From: Candidatus Wolframiiraptor gerlachensis | GTDB lineage: Archaea > Thermoproteota > Nitrososphaeria_A > Caldarchaeales > Wolframiiraptoraceae | DNA length: 64,000 nucleotides | Assembly: GCA_021323375.2 (NCBI GenBank) | Contig: JAJPCT020000023.1 | Location: 35,803-99,802, forward strand | Direction: 5' to 3' | Shown: positions 17,467-28,336 of the stretch, in pieces | Position numbering within the stretch: the first letter of the stretch is position 1 | Layout of the letters: each line of letters opens with the position of its first letter | The notes under the pieces: model-generated | Database searches by the model: none | Seen by the model: the letters and a program-made list of their open reading frames with translations, nothing else | What the model was told of the DNA's origin: nothing | Program-made: the position numbers and the translations under genes

Positions 17467-18329
17467 GCCGCCTTCACCGGCAGGATCCTCAGCGCCTCCT
17501 CAACCCTACGCCAAACATCATCGCCGCCGCGGGCAAGCTCGTCAATCGACCTCTTCAGGTCCTCGACAGCCCTCCCAGCATATCGATTCGACTCAGCTAT
17601 CTCCCTAATTACCCTCAAGTTGCCGCGAAGCATCCTTAGCATCTGCATAGTTTTTCTCAGGGATCTGGTCGCGTAGCTCTCCATCAGCTCCGGCCCCCTA
17701 TCATGGAGCGTGAGGGCTAGAGCTAGGTAGGAGAGGTGATGGGCGACTTGGACATAGGCCATTATCTCATCATGCTCTTCCGGGGTTGAGAGGGCTACCC
17801 TCAGCCCAGCATCCTCGAAGATCATCTTAATCATCTCTATATAGGATGAACCCCGAATAGGAATGAGTATTACGCGGTTGCCTGCGAGCTTTCTGGCAGC
17901 AGGCCCGAGGAGCGGGTGGATGCTCAGATACTCGACGCCACTTGGTAGAAGCTCCAGCACCTTCTCGATGACGCCGAGCTTGACTGATGAGATGTCCATG
18001 AGGAGGGATCCATCCCGGAGGAGGGGCGAGATCTTTCCTACTATTTCCGGGATATGCTGTGATGGCGTCGTCAATATCACCGCATCATATTCTCCGATGG
18101 ACTCTATCGCCGAGCAGCTTACCCCCATCATCCTCGAGAACCTTCTCGCCTTCTCAGGGCTCCTTGATATTATCGCCACCTCCGATACCCTGCCCTTAAA
18201 GATCCTTGTGAGGATCCTCGCCATCCCGCCAGCCCCAATTATCGCGAGCCTCAGATCAAGTGGCTTCTCCAAGATCTCACCCAAGCTCCTCATATGATCC
18301 AAGGATCTTGAGGAAAAGGGCCTTCTCAC
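17463..18329 (-). CDS. tyrA: Prephenate/arogenate dehydrogenase
   Basis: IIGAGGM, DISSVK, HPLLGP, EEHD.IMAYVQ..HH; the start may be the ATG at 18293. Confidence 0.88.
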   Translation of the reverse strand: MRRPFSSRSLDHMRSLGEILEKPLDLRLAIIGAGGMARILTRIFKGRVSEVAIISRSPEKARRFSRMMGVSCSAIESIGEYDAVILTTPSQHIPEIVGKISPLLRDGSLLMDISSVKLGVIEKVLELLPSGVEYLSIHPLLGPAARKLAGNRVILIPIRGSSYIEMIKMIFEDAGLRVALSTPEEHDEIMAYVQVAHHLSYLALALTLHDRGPELMESYATRSLRKTMQMLRMLRGNLRVIREIAESNRYAGRAVEDLKRSIDELARGGDDVWRRVEEALRILPVKAA

Positions 18330-19356
18330 CCAACTCCCTCAACGCCTCGATACACCTCTCCTCAGCCTCTCCATCACCCTCAAAATCAACATGGAAGAGA
18401 TACTCCCATGGCCTATCCTTCACCGGCCTCGACTCTATCCTCGTCAGGTTAATCTTCTTCGAGGCTAGTATTGAGAGGGCTTCATGGAGCGAGCCGGGCC
18501 TATGCTGAAGCCTGAAAATTATCGAGGTCTTTCTCCTGCCCGAGCCCGCTAGTCGCTCCCGCCCGATTATGAAGAATCTAGTTACATCATCCTTTACATC
18601 CTGTATATCGCTTGCGAGGATCTCGCCGCCATATACTACCGCGGCCATCTTGGATGCTATCGCGGCCGCGCCATCATGCTCTAGAGCCCTCCTCACGGCC
18701 TCCGCCGTGCTCGGGCAATCCTCAACCCTAACATTTTTCAAGGCTCTGCTCAGGAACCCCCTACACTGCGCTAGAGCGGTTGGATGGCTCATGACAACAC
18801 GTATGTCCTCGAGCCTCATCCCGGGCTTAGCTATCAAGTTGAGGCTTATCCTAACCTGGACCTCCCCGCATACTCTTAATGGCGTCTCGACGAGTAGGTC
18901 TAGCGTCTCCCTCACCCCTCCCTCGATCGAGTTCTCGACGGGAACAACACCATACTGCGCGTCGCCGGACTCGACAGCCCTAAAGACATCTTTTATCGTC
19001 GGCATGGGATATGGCTCAAGCCCCTTGCTGAGTAGGGCCTTGAAGGCCGCCTCCTCACTGAATGATCCCCTGGGGCCGAGGTAGGATACCCTCCCCGGGC
19101 TCTGCGCCCTCCTGCACATCCCGATGAGCGCTCTAAGCGCGATCAGAGCCAGCTCCTTATCTATCCCGAGAGACTCGGCGAGCTCCCCGCCGCGCCTCAA
19201 GACCTCCTCCTCACGCTCCAAGTCGGCCAGCGGTAACCCGCCAGCCCTCTTCAGCTCACCTATCCTCCGGGCTATCTCGACCCTTCTCGCAACAAGTCGG
19301 AGGATCTCTGAATCCACCTCGTCTATCATCCTCCTCAGCTCATCCAGCTCCGACAT
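18277..19356 (-). CDS. pheA: Bifunctional chorismate mutase / prephenate dehydratase with ACT domain
   Basis: N-terminal AroQ (LDELRRMIDEVD), LGPRGSFS, PVENSIEG, TRF, ESRP, LGSY. Confidence 0.95.
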   Translation of the reverse strand: MSELDELRRMIDEVDSEILRLVARRVEIARRIGELKRAGGLPLADLEREEEVLRRGGELAESLGIDKELALIALRALIGMCRRAQSPGRVSYLGPRGSFSEEAAFKALLSKGLEPYPMPTIKDVFRAVESGDAQYGVVPVENSIEGGVRETLDLLVETPLRVCGEVQVRISLNLIAKPGMRLEDIRVVMSHPTALAQCRGFLSRALKNVRVEDCPSTAEAVRRALEHDGAAAIASKMAAVVYGGEILASDIQDVKDDVTRFFIIGRERLAGSGRRKTSIIFRLQHRPGSLHEALSILASKKINLTRIESRPVKDRPWEYLFHVDFEGDGEAEERCIEALRELGEKALFLKILGSYEELG

Positions 19357-19453
19357 CCCGGCGGATCAAGACTCCAGACGCCGATATATCCTCTTCTCCA
19401 CAACCGCTCCCATGGGCCCTAAACCCTAGGGTATGGATCAGCTTGACATCTTC

Positions 19454-21163
19454 TCACGATGAGGTGAATGATATTGCTGATGCGAGCTCCGCTGCCTTCT
19501 CATCAATCCTCTCCACCAGTTTCTTGAATAACCCCTTATACTCGAGGGTCGCCTTCTCAAGAGCCTCCTCATATGTTATCTCACCCTTCTCAATCCTGCT
19601 CATCATCTCCTCGATCCTCCTCCTAGTCTCGGGCGTCACGAGCTTCGGGTCTATTGACTCAAGAACCTCAATCAGCTTCATACCCAGGGGTGTTGGCTTG
19701 AATGCCCCCTTCTCCTTGACGACATATCCCCTCTCCCTGATAAGCTGTGGGAAGCTCGCCCTCGTGGCATCGGTTCCTATCCCATGCTCCTCCATGAGCC
19801 TTAGAAGCTCCGCCTCGGTCAGCCTATCAGGAGGCTTAGTCTTCCCCTCATGAAGCCTGATGGACACTATCCTCAGCCTCTCGCCAACCATGAGCTCCGG
19901 GATCGGGTTATCCTCAGGCCTAAAGTATTCGTATACCTCGAAGAATCCTGGTTCCACCAGCTGGGATCCCGAGGCCTTTAGCTTTATGCCCGCAATGCTG
20001 AGCTCCGCGGACCTCAGCCTCTTCACCGCATCGGTGTAGAACGCATTAGCAAGGAATCTCTTCGCGACATATCTCCAGACCTCCAAGCTGAGGCCTGAGC
20101 CTTTATAGGGGGCTATTGGGTAGATGGGTGTATGAGCGCCGTCATCAAGGCTACCCTGCCTAGGACTTGGCCGAGCAAGAGGAGGCTTCACGCCAAGTCC
20201 CTGAGCCGCTGCACGGAGAGGCTGCTCGAAGTCAAATACAGGCCTGTACCTGTTCGTATCCGTCCTAGGATAGGAGATGTACCCCTCAGCATAGAGGTTC
20301 TCGGCGACTTGGAGTATCTTGGCAGCTGGCTGGCCTGTTATCCTCGACAAGTCCCTCAATAGGTCATCGGTCCGGATCGGCGTCGGTCTCGCAACTTCCA
20401 TGATCCTCTCATCAAACTTCTCAACCACCGCGTATCCGGCGCTGGATGCCCTCTCGAATGCTCTCCGCGCCTCGCCATGATCCCAGAACCTATCACTCTC
20501 CGCCTCAAACCTCTCTCCAAGCTCTGTCTCGAGAGCTGCTTTGATCGTCCAGAAGGGCTTAGGCTTGAAGTTTATCCGCTCAAGCTCTCGCTTAACTATG
20601 AACCAGAGTGTTGGAGCCTGGCAGCTCCCCCAGCTTATCAGCCTCACGCTACGATCATGTTTCCTAGTTGATAGTGTTAGAAGCCTTGTGAATGCTGCTC
20701 CCGCGATTAGGTCGAACCTCTGCCTGAAAAGCGCCTTCATCACCCAGCCCCAGTTCAGGTCATCCTCGAGGCTCTGCCACGCCCTCCTAAGCTCGCCCAG
20801 ATCAGTGCTGTTAAACCTCATCCGCTTATATGGAGCAACCCCCCTAACCTCCCTCCAGATCTTCAATATCTCGGCGCCTATCAGCTCGCCCTCCGAGTCG
20901 TTATCCGTGGCTATCACGAGCACATCAGCCTCTTTGAACAGCTTCCTGAGCTCCCTGATGGCCCTCGCATCCCTCACCTCATCCCTAAACTCGCGGACAT
21001 CAAAGAGCTTGAGCGGGTCGCATCTCCTCCATCCATACTCCTCGGAGAACTCAGAGTCGAGTATATGCCCCCTGACAGAGGTCACTATGACATCGCTCCT
21101 CCTCAGAGCCTCCCTAATCCTCCTCGCGACACTCGGCTTCTCAGCGACCACCACGAACCTCAT
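19454..21163 (-). CDS. topA: Type IA DNA topoisomerase
   Basis: AEKPSVA, ATDNDSEGE, GYISYPRTD active-site Tyr, GIGTDATR. Confidence 0.94.
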   Translation of the reverse strand: MRFVVVAEKPSVARRIREALRRSDVIVTSVRGHILDSEFSEEYGWRRCDPLKLFDVREFRDEVRDARAIRELRKLFKEADVLVIATDNDSEGELIGAEILKIWREVRGVAPYKRMRFNSTDLGELRRAWQSLEDDLNWGWVMKALFRQRFDLIAGAAFTRLLTLSTRKHDRSVRLISWGSCQAPTLWFIVKRELERINFKPKPFWTIKAALETELGERFEAESDRFWDHGEARRAFERASSAGYAVVEKFDERIMEVARPTPIRTDDLLRDLSRITGQPAAKILQVAENLYAEGYISYPRTDTNRYRPVFDFEQPLRAAAQGLGVKPPLARPSPRQGSLDDGAHTPIYPIAPYKGSGLSLEVWRYVAKRFLANAFYTDAVKRLRSAELSIAGIKLKASGSQLVEPGFFEVYEYFRPEDNPIPELMVGERLRIVSIRLHEGKTKPPDRLTEAELLRLMEEHGIGTDATRASFPQLIRERGYVVKEKGAFKPTPLGMKLIEVLESIDPKLVTPETRRRIEEMMSRIEKGEITYEEALEKATLEYKGLFKKLVERIDEKAAELASAISFTSS

Positions 21164-21208
21164 CTAGATCTTCTAGAGCCATTAATCCAGAGCCATAATT
21201 TTATGATT

Positions 21209-22135
21209 CTAGACCTGGCTCCTGCCGCATCTCGGGCAGAAGAGGCTCGACACGGGCTTTGACCCCCTGCAGAACCTGCAGATCGGCGAGATCGCCTTGG
21301 ATATGGCCAGCCTCCACTCAACCTTCCCCCTAACAGCCCTATACTCCGGGCTTCGATAAAACTCCAGGATACGGTTGATCCTCTCCTCGTGTGTTGGATG
21401 TGTGCTTACTGGCTCTAGTGCCGGCTCATCAAGCGCTGGAAGTATCCTCGCAAGCTTTCGTAGAAGGCTTATTGGCTTCGCCGGGTCTCCGGAGACTATT
21501 AGCGCGGCCCTATCAGCCGATATCTCGGACTCCCTATGCCATGAGAGGAGCATCAGCCGGAGGATGGGCGAGAGCATGTTCAATAATCCCCCGGCGAGCT
21601 CGAGTGAGAACTCAGCTCCCCTGACAAGCATCTCAGCCAGCGTATGATACTTGATATGATGACACTTTACATGGCCGAGCTCATGGCCTAGGACCGCCTT
21701 AACCTCGCCACTGTCGAGGATCTCGAGGAGCCCGGAGCTTATCACGAGAAACTGCTTATCACGCGACCCAAAGGTGAAGGCGGTTGGCGCGCTCGACCTC
21801 AGCAGATATGCCTCTGGAAGTCCTGGGAGGCCGAGGATTATCCCGCACTCCCTTATTATCGAGCCGAGCTCTGATGAATAGTCAATCCTCCTCGAGCATC
21901 TGCGAAGCCTGGATAGAATCTGATGCACATGGCGCTTGATCATGAGCTCATCGACTATTGGTGAGAGAGCCTCAAAGCCCCTCAGATTCTCCATCGCGTC
22001 GCGATCGGGCGGGTAGATGAAGTCCGATACCTCTAGATCGTAGCTCGTCAGTGGGACAACTCTTCCACCGCATTTCACGCAGAAGACCTTCTCGACCCCC
22101 ACAAACGCTCCGCAGCTCGGACAGGCGATCTGCAT
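21209..22135 (-). CDS. M48 (HtpX/Ste24-like) zinc metallopeptidase with terminal double zinc ribbons
   Basis: HELGH, E.SADR, THP...ERI; CxxC pairs at both termini. Confidence 0.85.
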   Translation of the reverse strand: MQIACPSCGAFVGVEKVFCVKCGGRVVPLTSYDLEVSDFIYPPDRDAMENLRGFEALSPIVDELMIKRHVHQILSRLRRCSRRIDYSSELGSIIRECGIILGLPGLPEAYLLRSSAPTAFTFGSRDKQFLVISSGLLEILDSGEVKAVLGHELGHVKCHHIKYHTLAEMLVRGAEFSLELAGGLLNMLSPILRLMLLSWHRESEISADRAALIVSGDPAKPISLLRKLARILPALDEPALEPVSTHPTHEERINRILEFYRSPEYRAVRGKVEWRLAISKAISPICRFCRGSKPVSSLFCPRCGRSQV

Positions 22136-22215
22136 TCGACGCTATAGTGCGTGGATAGGCTTAATGAGTATTTCGATGAGCGCTAGGCTTAATATCTGCT
22201 AGCATACGGCAGCCC

Positions 22216-23133
22216 TTGAGAAGAGCCTTGAAGATAATCCCCCTCCTCGCGCTCTTGCTGCTGGCCTCACAGCCCGCCACGATACTCATCACGATAGACT
22301 CTAGCGGCATTGTCGAGGCATATCTGAGCCTGAGAACCGTTGAGGGCTTGAACGAGATTAGGCTGCCGGCCGAGCCCATCCCAGAGACTATCGAAGTTCG
22401 CGTTGGCGGCGAATGTGTCGCCGCAATATATGAGGATGGAATTCTCTACTTCTTCTCTCCCGCGCCCGGCGATGCCGAGATAAGCTACATGGTCAACGTG
22501 TCGGCGATGGATAATATCCTCAGCTTCGGCATCGGCGGGGGGGTACTTACGAAGTTGAAGATATCTCCCCAAGTGATCCTGCTAACAGTCCCGAGGAACA
22601 TCGAAGGAATTGAGTATGTTAAGGGTGATCTCGTGATAGAGTTCTATGGCCCGGAGAGGATAGAGTATGCCGTGAGGACTGGAGCGGCCCCGCAGCCAAC
22701 CATAACCACAACCCGGACGGAAACTGTAACATCCATCACAATCACTCAAACATCGAGCACATATGCAACCGAGTCCATCGAGAAGCCTGGAGCCCGGCTC
22801 ATCGATCCAACCATAATAGTGGGCTTAATCGTGATCATAATAATCGTGGTCGCGGCACTTCTCGCCTACTCCAAGTCGAGAAGCAGGAGTGTGCCTGGCG
22901 AGGATCATGCTCTAACAAAGCTTGATAAGATGATCTTGGAGGCTATCGAGAATGCGGGCGGCTCTATTCTCCAGGGGGAGCTCCAGGCGGCCCTCGGCCT
23001 CCCGAAGACCACGCTATGGAGGCATGTCAAGAAGCTTGGGAAGCTTGGATACATACAGATCGTGAAGGAGGGGGCCCTGAACAGGCTCATACTCCTCAAA
23101 AAGCCGGGCCGGGGATTCCCGCCGAGTTCCTAG
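22216..23133 (+). CDS. Membrane-anchored winged-HTH protein with extracellular N-terminal domain
   Basis: Signal peptide, Thr-rich linker, TM helix, C-terminal GGSILQGELQ..LGLPKTTLWRHVKKL HTH. Confidence 0.78.
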   Translation: MRRALKIIPLLALLLLASQPATILITIDSSGIVEAYLSLRTVEGLNEIRLPAEPIPETIEVRVGGECVAAIYEDGILYFFSPAPGDAEISYMVNVSAMDNILSFGIGGGVLTKLKISPQVILLTVPRNIEGIEYVKGDLVIEFYGPERIEYAVRTGAAPQPTITTTRTETVTSITITQTSSTYATESIEKPGARLIDPTIIVGLIVIIIIVVAALLAYSKSRSRSVPGEDHALTKLDKMILEAIENAGGSILQGELQAALGLPKTTLWRHVKKLGKLGYIQIVKEGALNRLILLKKPGRGFPPSS

Positions 23134-23192
23134 CAGTGAAACCGTTTGGAACCGGGATTTCCGAGATTCCCTAAAATCATGACCACTACTCT

Positions 23193-24428
23193 ATGATGTC
23201 TGGTGATCATGCGGTGATGGGGACAAGGTTGAGCTTCCAGGCAATCGCCATCGTGCTTCTCCTCCTGCTCGTGGTATCCCCCATTATGGCTGTATATGGT
23301 CAGGCCGCCAGCAAGACGAGCCCCGATGTCCCCAGCAAGGAGCTTGAGAGGCTGAGACTGCGCGCGCATGTCCTCCAGAGGGTTCTGGAGAGGACCGCGA
23401 ATATCGCGAACATCTCTGATTCCTTGAGGAGCGAGATCGAGGCGCTTGTCTCCATGGATATTTCAGCATTATCAGAGGAGGAGCTTAGAGCATTCATCGC
23501 GGAGGTTGAGACCCTTTTAACCGAGATCAGGGAATCGATTCCGAGATGTAATACGACTCTTAGCCAGGAGCGAGTCGCCCTTAGGCTTCTCGAGAGGATC
23601 AGGGAGAGGCTGAATCTGACCTTGATGAGGATGAACTTGACGCCGGGCGAGGCGGAGCAGGTTAGGGAGTGGATCAGGGAAAGGGTTGGGGAGAATTTGA
23701 CGGTCAGGGATGTCGCACATCTCATGAAGAGTGTTAGGGAGATGCTGAGACACATGTTTGTAGCGAGGTTCTCCGAAGAGGCGATGAATTATAGCGAGAG
23801 GGTGGCTGGATCCGGCGCCATTTTCGGCCTAATGAATGCCCTGAATGCCTCGAGCAAGGTCCTATTAGTCCTCGAGAGGGTCAAGATGAGGCTCATAGAG
23901 GTTAATGCATCAGAGAGGGCTGTAGAGGTGATAGAGCATAATATAGAGAGGATAGCGGCGGCGAGGGAGGTTCTGAGGCAGCTTATTGAGAGGATGTCCG
24001 CGGGCCATCCACCCGGAAACATCACGCGGGAGAAGGTTAGGGAGGAGCTTGAGTCAATAGTGAGAGAAAGGGCTGAGAGGCTTAATGAGACGATTGAGGA
24101 GTATCTTGGCAGGCTTCAGGAGCTTAGAGATGAGGCTTTGAGGCTGAATCTAACAGATCTCGCGAATGAGATAGAGAGGGAGATTATGGAGCTTGAGGCG
24201 CTTAAGGATAAGCTTGCATCGGGCAACCTGAGCTTGAGCGAGCTGGCCGGCGCCGCTGCCTCGACTAAGGGATTAATCAAGCATGCCGAGAAGCTTATCG
24301 AGAAAGCATCCGAGAAGATGGGTAAGTATGGCCCGGATAAGATTCCGCCGGGGAGGGAGCTTCAGCGGGGCGAGAAGGAGAGGGGGCCGCCGATAACCCC
24401 GCCGGGCCAATCAAAGATAAAGCCCTGA
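23193..24428 (+). CDS. Secreted or membrane coiled-coil hypothetical protein
   Basis: N-terminal hydrophobic helix, E/R-rich helical body with many N-x-S/T sequons, PPG(Q) motifs. Confidence 0.6.
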   Translation: MMSGDHAVMGTRLSFQAIAIVLLLLLVVSPIMAVYGQAASKTSPDVPSKELERLRLRAHVLQRVLERTANIANISDSLRSEIEALVSMDISALSEEELRAFIAEVETLLTEIRESIPRCNTTLSQERVALRLLERIRERLNLTLMRMNLTPGEAEQVREWIRERVGENLTVRDVAHLMKSVREMLRHMFVARFSEEAMNYSERVAGSGAIFGLMNALNASSKVLLVLERVKMRLIEVNASERAVEVIEHNIERIAAAREVLRQLIERMSAGHPPGNITREKVREELESIVRERAERLNETIEEYLGRLQELRDEALRLNLTDLANEIEREIMELEALKDKLASGNLSLSELAGAAASTKGLIKHAEKLIEKASEKMGKYGPDKIPPGRELQRGEKERGPPITPPGQSKIKP

Positions 24429-24435
24429 GAAGCAG

Positions 24436-26118
24436 CTAATCAATAATACCCTCCCTTTTTCTCCGATTTTCATATGATGCTCTTATGAATTCTATGAAGA
24501 GTGGTGACGGCTTTCGCGGCCTACTTTTGAACTCTGGATGGAATTGGACTCCAACTATCCAAGCGTCCTTGAGCTCTATCCCGCATATCGTTCCATCAAG
24601 CTCATCATATGCCGAGATCATGAGGCCCTTCTCCGCGGCAAGCTCCGCGTATCTTGGGCTTATGTGATACCTGTGCCTAAACCTCTCAATGATCCTCTCT
24701 GATTTGTATGCCTGGTATAGCTTTGTCCCAGCGATTAGTTTCACGGACCTTCCACCGAGCTTCATTGTCCCTCCTTTAAGGATCATCTCCCGCTGCTCGC
24801 TGAGAAGATCCACTACTGGGTGTGGAGTATTTGGATCAACCTCCGTAGAGTGAGCATTTTTCAGCCCTAGGATGAGCCTTGAGAAGGCGACGAAGAGGAG
24901 CTGGGCCCCAAAGCATATCCCGAGTAGGGGTATCTGCTTTCTTATCGCGTGCTCCGCGGCCATGATCATCCCCTCAACGCCCCTAGCGCCGAACCCCGGC
25001 GTGAGGAGAATTCCATCAACATCATCGAGGATTCTAAGCTTCTCGGGATCTCGTTCAAACTCCTCGGTCTCTATTAGGATCGGCTCTGCTTTCAGTCCAA
25101 GCCACGCGGCGGATGACCTGAGAGCCTCGATTATGCTGATGTAGCTATCGGAGATCATGCAATATTTCCCCGGCATAGCTATCCTGACGCGGTCTGAGGG
25201 CTCCTTAAGCCTCCTAACCAGCTCGCTCCACTCGCCCACCGCCCCATCATCCGGCCTTCTCTTCGGGAGTCCTAGGAGGCTACATAGCAGGTCTCCAAGC
25301 CCCTGCCTCTCGAAAATCATGGGAAGCTCGTAGGGAGTCTCGAGATCCGGGTCCGAGATCACGGCATGCCTCGGCACGCTGCAGAAGAGGCTTATCTTCT
25401 CCTTGATCTCCTCCGGGAGCTCTATCCTGCTCCTCCCAACTATGATGTCTGGTTGAAGACCCATGCTCTGAAGGAGCTTCACACTATGCTGGGTCGGCTT
25501 GGTCTTGAGCTGCCCAACAGTCTCGAGATATGGGACTAGCGTGACATGTACGAGTATTATCCTCCCTTTCCCGAACTCGAGCACTAGCTGCCTCAAGGCT
25601 TCTAGGAATGGCATAACCTCGATGTCGCCGACTGTTCCGCCGATCTCGACGAGCAGAACATCTGGCCTAAGCCTCTGCGAGGCCCCGAGTATCCTCCGCT
25701 TTATCTCATCAGTTATATGCGGTATGACTTGTATGGTTTTTCCGAGGAACTCTCCAACTCTCTCCTTTAATATCACGCTCAGATAGACCTGGCCCGAGGT
25801 AATGTTATTCGATGGATGCATGTTCATCTCGAGGAATCGCTCATAAGTCCCGAAGTCCTGATCTATCTCGGCTATCCTGAACCTGTATCCGGGGGCGGCC
25901 TCGAACTCCCAGACATCCTCACAGACAAAGACCTCCCCATGCTCCACGGGGTTGAGCGTCCCCGGATCAACGTTAAGATATGGATCTATCTTTACAGCAT
26001 CAACCGTGTATCCCCTGAATTGGAGGAGCTTTCCTATCGAGGCTGTTACAACGCCCTTTCCCAGGCCACTCAAGACACCGCCAGTGACGAAGATGAATCT
26101 CGTGTCTGAGCCGTTCAT
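24436..26118 (-). CDS. pyrG: CTP synthase
   Basis: [39 protein letters not shown]. Confidence 0.97.
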   Translation of the reverse strand: MNGSDTRFIFVTGGVLSGLGKGVVTASIGKLLQFRGYTVDAVKIDPYLNVDPGTLNPVEHGEVFVCEDVWEFEAAPGYRFRIAEIDQDFGTYERFLEMNMHPSNNITSGQVYLSVILKERVGEFLGKTIQVIPHITDEIKRRILGASQRLRPDVLLVEIGGTVGDIEVMPFLEALRQLVLEFGKGRIILVHVTLVPYLETVGQLKTKPTQHSVKLLQSMGLQPDIIVGRSRIELPEEIKEKISLFCSVPRHAVISDPDLETPYELPMIFERQGLGDLLCSLLGLPKRRPDDGAVGEWSELVRRLKEPSDRVRIAMPGKYCMISDSYISIIEALRSSAAWLGLKAEPILIETEEFERDPEKLRILDDVDGILLTPGFGARGVEGMIMAAEHAIRKQIPLLGICFGAQLLFVAFSRLILGLKNAHSTEVDPNTPHPVVDLLSEQREMILKGGTMKLGGRSVKLIAGTKLYQAYKSERIIERFRHRYHISPRYAELAAEKGLMISAYDELDGTICGIELKDAWIVGVQFHPEFKSRPRKPSPLFIEFIRASYENRRKREGIID

Positions 26119-26145
26119 AATTCATCCACCTTCCGCGAATGCTCT

Positions 26146-27063
26146 TCATAGTCTCTGAGCATACCCCACCAGCTCCTTGATGGATTTGAATCCTCTCGAG
26201 GCGAGAAAGTCCCTTAATCCCTCGATAATCTCCCTGAATATCTCGAGGTCTTTTCTAGCTATCGCCGAGCCCACTCCGACAGCATTGGCTCCCGCGAGGA
26301 TTAGCTCTAGCGCGGCCCTCCAGCCATCCACGCCGCCAACGCCGATTATAGGCACATCCGGGAGTTCCCGCCTAATCTCGTATATGGCCGCGACAGCTAT
26401 GGGCCTGATGCATGGCCCCGAGAGGCCTCCGAAGATGTTGGATAATATCGGCGTCATGGATTCCACACTTATAGCCGCCGCCCGGATCGTGTTTATCGCC
26501 GTCACGCCATCAGCCCCAGAGCCAATATAGCGGGAGACAATATCCGGCCTAGCATAATAGGCCGAGATCTTTGCGAAGACAGGCCTCGACGATATGCTCC
26601 TGATTGATCTTATTATGTTGCATGCGAGTTGGATGTCTGAGCCTATTTCCAGCCCATATCCCCCCACGTGCGGGCATGAGAGGTTGAGCTCGATCGCGCT
26701 GCATCCAGCATCCAGAGCATGCTCCGCGACCTCCATGAACTCTCCCTCATCCCTGCCACCTATGCTCGCGATCACTGGTATCCTGATGTTCTCCGCAGCT
26801 CTTCTCAGCTCCATCTTGAAGGCTGTTATCCCCGGGTTCGGCAGCCCCATCGCGTTGAGATAGCCGAATCCGAGATCCACGAATACCGGGTTTGAGTAGC
26901 CCTCCTTCGGCTCACGCGTGATAGTCTTGGTGGTTATCGCGCCGGCGCCAGCCTCCTCAACCCTCTTTATCAGTCCATAAGATGATCCGAGGATCCCCGA
27001 TGCAAGGATTGTCGGGTTCCTCAGCCTGAGCCCAGCGAGCTCCACCTCAAGAGCCGGCGACAT
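26146..27063 (-). CDS. pyrD: Dihydroorotate dehydrogenase 1B catalytic subunit
   Basis: NPTILASG, NAMGLPNPG, LNLSCPH, INT, GGLSG; SD GGAGG supports the ATG at 27063. Confidence 0.94.
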   Translation of the reverse strand: MSPALEVELAGLRLRNPTILASGILGSSYGLIKRVEEAGAGAITTKTITREPKEGYSNPVFVDLGFGYLNAMGLPNPGITAFKMELRRAAENIRIPVIASIGGRDEGEFMEVAEHALDAGCSAIELNLSCPHVGGYGLEIGSDIQLACNIIRSIRSISSRPVFAKISAYYARPDIVSRYIGSGADGVTAINTIRAAAISVESMTPILSNIFGGLSGPCIRPIAVAAIYEIRRELPDVPIIGVGGVDGWRAALELILAGANAVGVGSAIARKDLEIFREIIEGLRDFLASRGFKSIKELVGYAQRL

Positions 27064-28336
27064 GCCTCCCAAACCCCATCCCGACCCTGGGCTCACCATC
27101 CTCCAGCGCTAAAACGCCGCGTAGGAAAACCATCCTAACTTCAGCCTTCACCATCCAGCCCTCGAATGGAGAATACTTGGCCTTTGAGGCGAACCTCAAT
27201 GGATCTATGACATGTTCTCTTCCAAGCTCGACGATCACCACATCGCCATCCATGCCGGGCTCGAGGGCGCCCTTACGAGCTCCCAAGATCTCCGCAGGTC
27301 TGCGGGAGTAGAGATCCAGAGCCCTGAGCGGCATAACGCCATCCATTATCTGGGTCATGATTAGCGGTAGATAGATCTCTAGGCCGGGGAAACCGGGTGG
27401 AACCTCGTCATAGCTACTGCGGAGCTTTTCCTCAAGCAGGTGCGGCGCGTGATCCGATACTATCGCGTCAACGAGCCCAAGCCGTATTGCATTCAGAACA
27501 GCATCCGCATCCTCGCTGCTCCTGAGGGGCGGATTCACCTTTGCTACCCCGCCAAATCGCCTTACGGCATCCGATGAGAGGAGTGCATGATGCAGGGTTG
27601 CATCGCATGAGATAGTTGCCCCACGCAGCTTCGATGACGCTATCATCATTATCGAGTCGCTGGTTGTCAGGTGGGTGAGGTGGAGCCTTATACGCCCGCT
27701 CCCAGCGATTCTTAGCATGTTCTCCACGGCTCTTACCTCGGCTATCCTCGGCCTTACCCTCCCATGATCCTCGATTGCCGGCTCGGCAATCATCCTCCTC
27801 TCCCGCATTATCGTCTCTGGATCTTCTGGGTGGATTACAACGAGATTTCCCTCGAGGTGATTGATTATTCTGGGCAGCTTATCATAATCCTCTGGATATA
27901 TCTTGAGGCCGCATGCTATCTTCCTGATCTCAGGTATCTCGCGTGGATCTTTGGGCGCGCCGCAGTAAAGTGCGAAGTCTACGAGGGATTTTCTTGTCGC
28001 GATCTCGAGTTTCTCCATCAGCCTCTCGAGCGAGTCTATGAATGGATCATTGTTCGGCATGTCGGCGACCAGTGTTACGCCTCCACGCAGGGCCGCGAGC
28101 GTTCCGGTGTACCAGTCCTCCTTATATGCTTGGTTAAAGTCTCTTAAATGCACATGCATATCCACCATTCCAGGGAGCATTATCTGGCCCTGCTTCAGCA
28201 CGATCTTCTCATCGGCGCTTGGGGCGAGAACCGGGCTCGAGATCGATGTTATCACGCCATCATTTATCGCGACCGCCGCCTCGATCAACCTGCCATCCAA
28301 ATACGCCTTGCCCTCGATCACGAGATCAACCCTCAA
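27047..28336 (-). CDS. pyrC: Dihydroorotase
   Basis: PGMVDMHVHLRD, DMPNN, KVNPPLR, SDHAPH; inside the pyr operon. Confidence 0.92.
   Translation of the reverse strand: MRVDLVIEGKAYLDGRLIEAAVAINDGVITSISSPVLAPSADEKIVLKQGQIMLPGMVDMHVHLRDFNQAYKEDWYTGTLAALRGGVTLVADMPNNDPFIDSLERLMEKLEIATRKSLVDFALYCGAPKDPREIPEIRKIACGLKIYPEDYDKLPRIINHLEGNLVVIHPEDPETIMRERRMIAEPAIEDHGRVRPRIAEVRAVENMLRIAGSGRIRLHLTHLTTSDSIMMIASSKLRGATISCDATLHHALLSSDAVRRFGGVAKVNPPLRSSEDADAVLNAIRLGLVDAIVSDHAPHLLEEKLRSSYDEVPPGFPGLEIYLPLIMTQIMDGVMPLRALDLYSRRPAEILGARKGALEPGMDGDVVIVELGREHVIDPLRFASKAKYSPFEGWMVKAEVRMVFLRGVLALEDGEPRVGMGFGRHVAGS

Noticed and set aside
19366-19413. 15-codon uORF (MGAVVEKRIYRRLES*) in frame with and just upstream of pheA
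   Set aside because: Only one Tyr and no Phe codons, no slippery site, and no clear promoter placing it; not convincing as a sensor
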